NCBI GenBank assembly: GCA_038231275.1
Contig: JBBRLQ010000002.1
Location: 96,001 to 160,000, forward strand
DNA from: Polyangiales bacterium
GTDB taxonomy: Bacteria > Myxococcota_A > Polyangia > Polyangiales > Polyangiaceae
Length of the DNA: 64,000 nt
Reading direction: 5' to 3'
Shown: piece by piece, positions 62,401 to 64,000 of the stretch
How positions within the stretch are numbered: position 1 is the stretch's first letter
Layout: each line of letters begins with the position of its first letter
Translations under genes and position numbers: made by a program
Notes under the pieces: generated by a model
The model's input: the letters and a program-made list of their open reading frames with translations, nothing else
The model's database searches: none
Told to the model about the DNA's origin: nothing

Positions 62401-63114
62401 TTACTGGATCGCTTGCGCACCTGTCGCCCTGCGCGACCCGAGCATGGCGGCGACGAACCAGACCTCGAGGAGCGTGAACGCGATCGCGTTGCCGGCGCCG
62501 ATCCGCTCCGCGCTAGGTCGGATCGCGAGCGGCACGACTGGCGCGACCGAGATCGCGACGAACAGGAGGAGCATGGGAGGAGACAAGAGCGCGAGGGCGC
62601 GACTCCAACGTCCCGTTGCACGAAGCGTCCACGCCCACGCGATCGCAGCGAGCGTGTAGAGCAGCGCCGCCCATCCCGAGGTGAGCGGGAACACGACGTC
62701 CTCGAACGCCAGGAAGGCGGATGCGTCGCGCAGCCTGGCGGCCTCGCGTGCGAGCTCCACGCCGCGCGTCACCAAGAGGAGCTGCGCGCCTTGATCCGGA
62801 ACGATCGCCAGGAGCACGAAGACGAGCTGCGCGATCGCGGCTCGCCGTCCGGGACCCGCCGGCGTGCCGCGGAGCAGCGCGATCGCGAGGACGACGTCGG
62901 ACGCCGCCGTGATCTGCCACCCCAACCATCCAAGTCGATACGACGAGGGCGACGCGGCGACGCGCATCGCGCGATCGAGATCGCCCCCCGCGCCGCCTCC
63001 TCCCGGCAGCATCGGCAGAAGGAACACGAGCATCCCGAGCATCGCGGCCCCGTGCGCGAGGAACGTGAACGCCAAGGCGCGCACGAGCAGCCCATCCCCT
63101 GCGCGACCACTCAC
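62401..63114 (-). CDS. Hypothetical integral membrane protein
   Basis: About 6 hydrophobic segments; GTGA overlap with the upstream SDR. Confidence 0.65.
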   Translation of the reverse strand: MSGRAGDGLLVRALAFTFLAHGAAMLGMLVFLLPMLPGGGGAGGDLDRAMRVAASPSSYRLGWLGWQITAASDVVLAIALLRGTPAGPGRRAAIAQLVFVLLAIVPDQGAQLLLVTRGVELAREAARLRDASAFLAFEDVVFPLTSGWAALLYTLAAIAWAWTLRATGRWSRALALLSPPMLLLFVAISVAPVVPLAIRPSAERIGAGNAIAFTLLEVWFVAAMLGSRRATGAQAIQ

Positions 63115-63932
63115 GTCGCCGCCCGCGGAGACCGGGGTCCGAAGAGGTCACGGCGGTAGTAACGCGGCGTCAGGAAACGCAGCGCCCCTTTCAGGAGGGT
63201 CATCCACGCCAGGTGCGCGCCTGTTCGCCGGTTCTCGAGCAGCCGCCGCGCGAGCCAGGGCGCCACGACGTCCACCGGATCGGCGATGAAGTTGAAGAGC
63301 CGCCGCTGTGAGCGCCACAGCGCCGGATCACCTTGCTCGTAGACCGACACCAAGAGATCCGTGACGACGATTCCCGGGCTGGCGGTGCCGACGACGACGT
63401 CGCGACCTCGTGTCTCGTCGACGAGCGAGCGCGTGAAGTAACGGAGCGCGCGCTTGGTGCTGCCGTAGATCGCCATCCCGCGCTGGCGGGCGCCATCCGC
63501 GCCGAAGCCCTCCATGTTGTAGAGCGAGCCGCTCCCCTGCTTCAGCATTCCCGCGAGCGCGACGCGTGAGCCGTTCATGACGCCGATTAGGTTCGTCGCG
63601 ACGACGGAATGGATTTGCGCGGGCGGCAGCTCGACGAAGGCGCGCTGCGCGTTGCTCGTGCCGGCGTTGTTGACCCAGACGTCGACGCGGCCGAACCGCT
63701 CGATCGCGGCGTCCCAGAGCCGCTCCACATCGTCGTACGCCGCGACGTCACAGCTCTTGCCGAGGATGCGCGCCTCGGGAAATCGCGCGGAGAGCACGCG
63801 AACCGCGTCGCGGACGCCGTCTTCGCCGCGCGCCGAGACGACGACGTTGGCGCCCCTCGTCAGGAGCGAATCGACGAGCCCGAAGCCGAGCCCCTTGGTG
63901 CTCCCGGTCACGACGACTGTCGGCGCGCTCAT
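63111..63932 (-). CDS. Short-chain dehydrogenase/reductase
   Basis: TGSTKGLG, WVNNAG and YGSTK. Confidence 0.92.
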   Translation of the reverse strand: MSAPTVVVTGSTKGLGFGLVDSLLTRGANVVVSARGEDGVRDAVRVLSARFPEARILGKSCDVAAYDDVERLWDAAIERFGRVDVWVNNAGTSNAQRAFVELPPAQIHSVVATNLIGVMNGSRVALAGMLKQGSGSLYNMEGFGADGARQRGMAIYGSTKRALRYFTRSLVDETRGRDVVVGTASPGIVVTDLLVSVYEQGDPALWRSQRRLFNFIADPVDVVAPWLARRLLENRRTGAHLAWMTLLKGALRFLTPRYYRRDLFGPRSPRAAT

Positions 63933-64000
63933 CTCTCGTGTCGCCCCCCCATGCGTCGGCACGAGCGTACCAGCGGCGGAGGAACGAAGGGGGCGGCAAG

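Noticed and set aside
48056-64000. Prophage or integrative element at tRNA-Arg
   Set aside because: No integrase, phage genes or duplicated tRNA 3' end seen by eye
63929-64000. Possible 3' end of a further minus-strand gene overlapping the SDR start
   Set aside because: Only ~23 codons visible; not enough to support a call

Overview
High-GC, densely coding bacterial window. The Ser/Thr kinases, many Cys-rich 'DAG/DGG'-linker lipoproteins, DUF4175 gene and ECF/FecR module suggest a myxobacterium of the Polyangiaceae/Labilithrix type; this is my inference, not a database result. The left three quarters is mostly housekeeping, envelope and signalling genes: trypsin-like protease, def, corA, a methyltransferase, psd, fabH, ddl, dCMP deaminase, uvrC, an L,D-transpeptidase, an Omp85 protein, maiA, a glycerophosphodiesterase, two kinases, an OmpR regulator, an ECF sigma/FecR module and a DUF2760-Hsp70-Hsp70 operon. 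After tRNA-Arg(CCT) at ~48.1 kb comes an accessory-looking stretch with lipoproteins, a GH71 alpha-1,3-glucanase, a two-gene deletion scar, a retron, an amino-acid permease, a di-haem peroxidase, a lysyl oxidase and SDRs. The most notable element is an apparently complete retron with no separate effector gene: a 448-aa RT (55428-56774, minus) preceded by an unannotated ~175-nt msr-msd ncRNA (56785-56958). That RNA has a ~20-bp a1/a2 stem, a candidate branching G, msr hairpins and an msd hairpin. Product calls come from motif recognition by eye; no searches were run.
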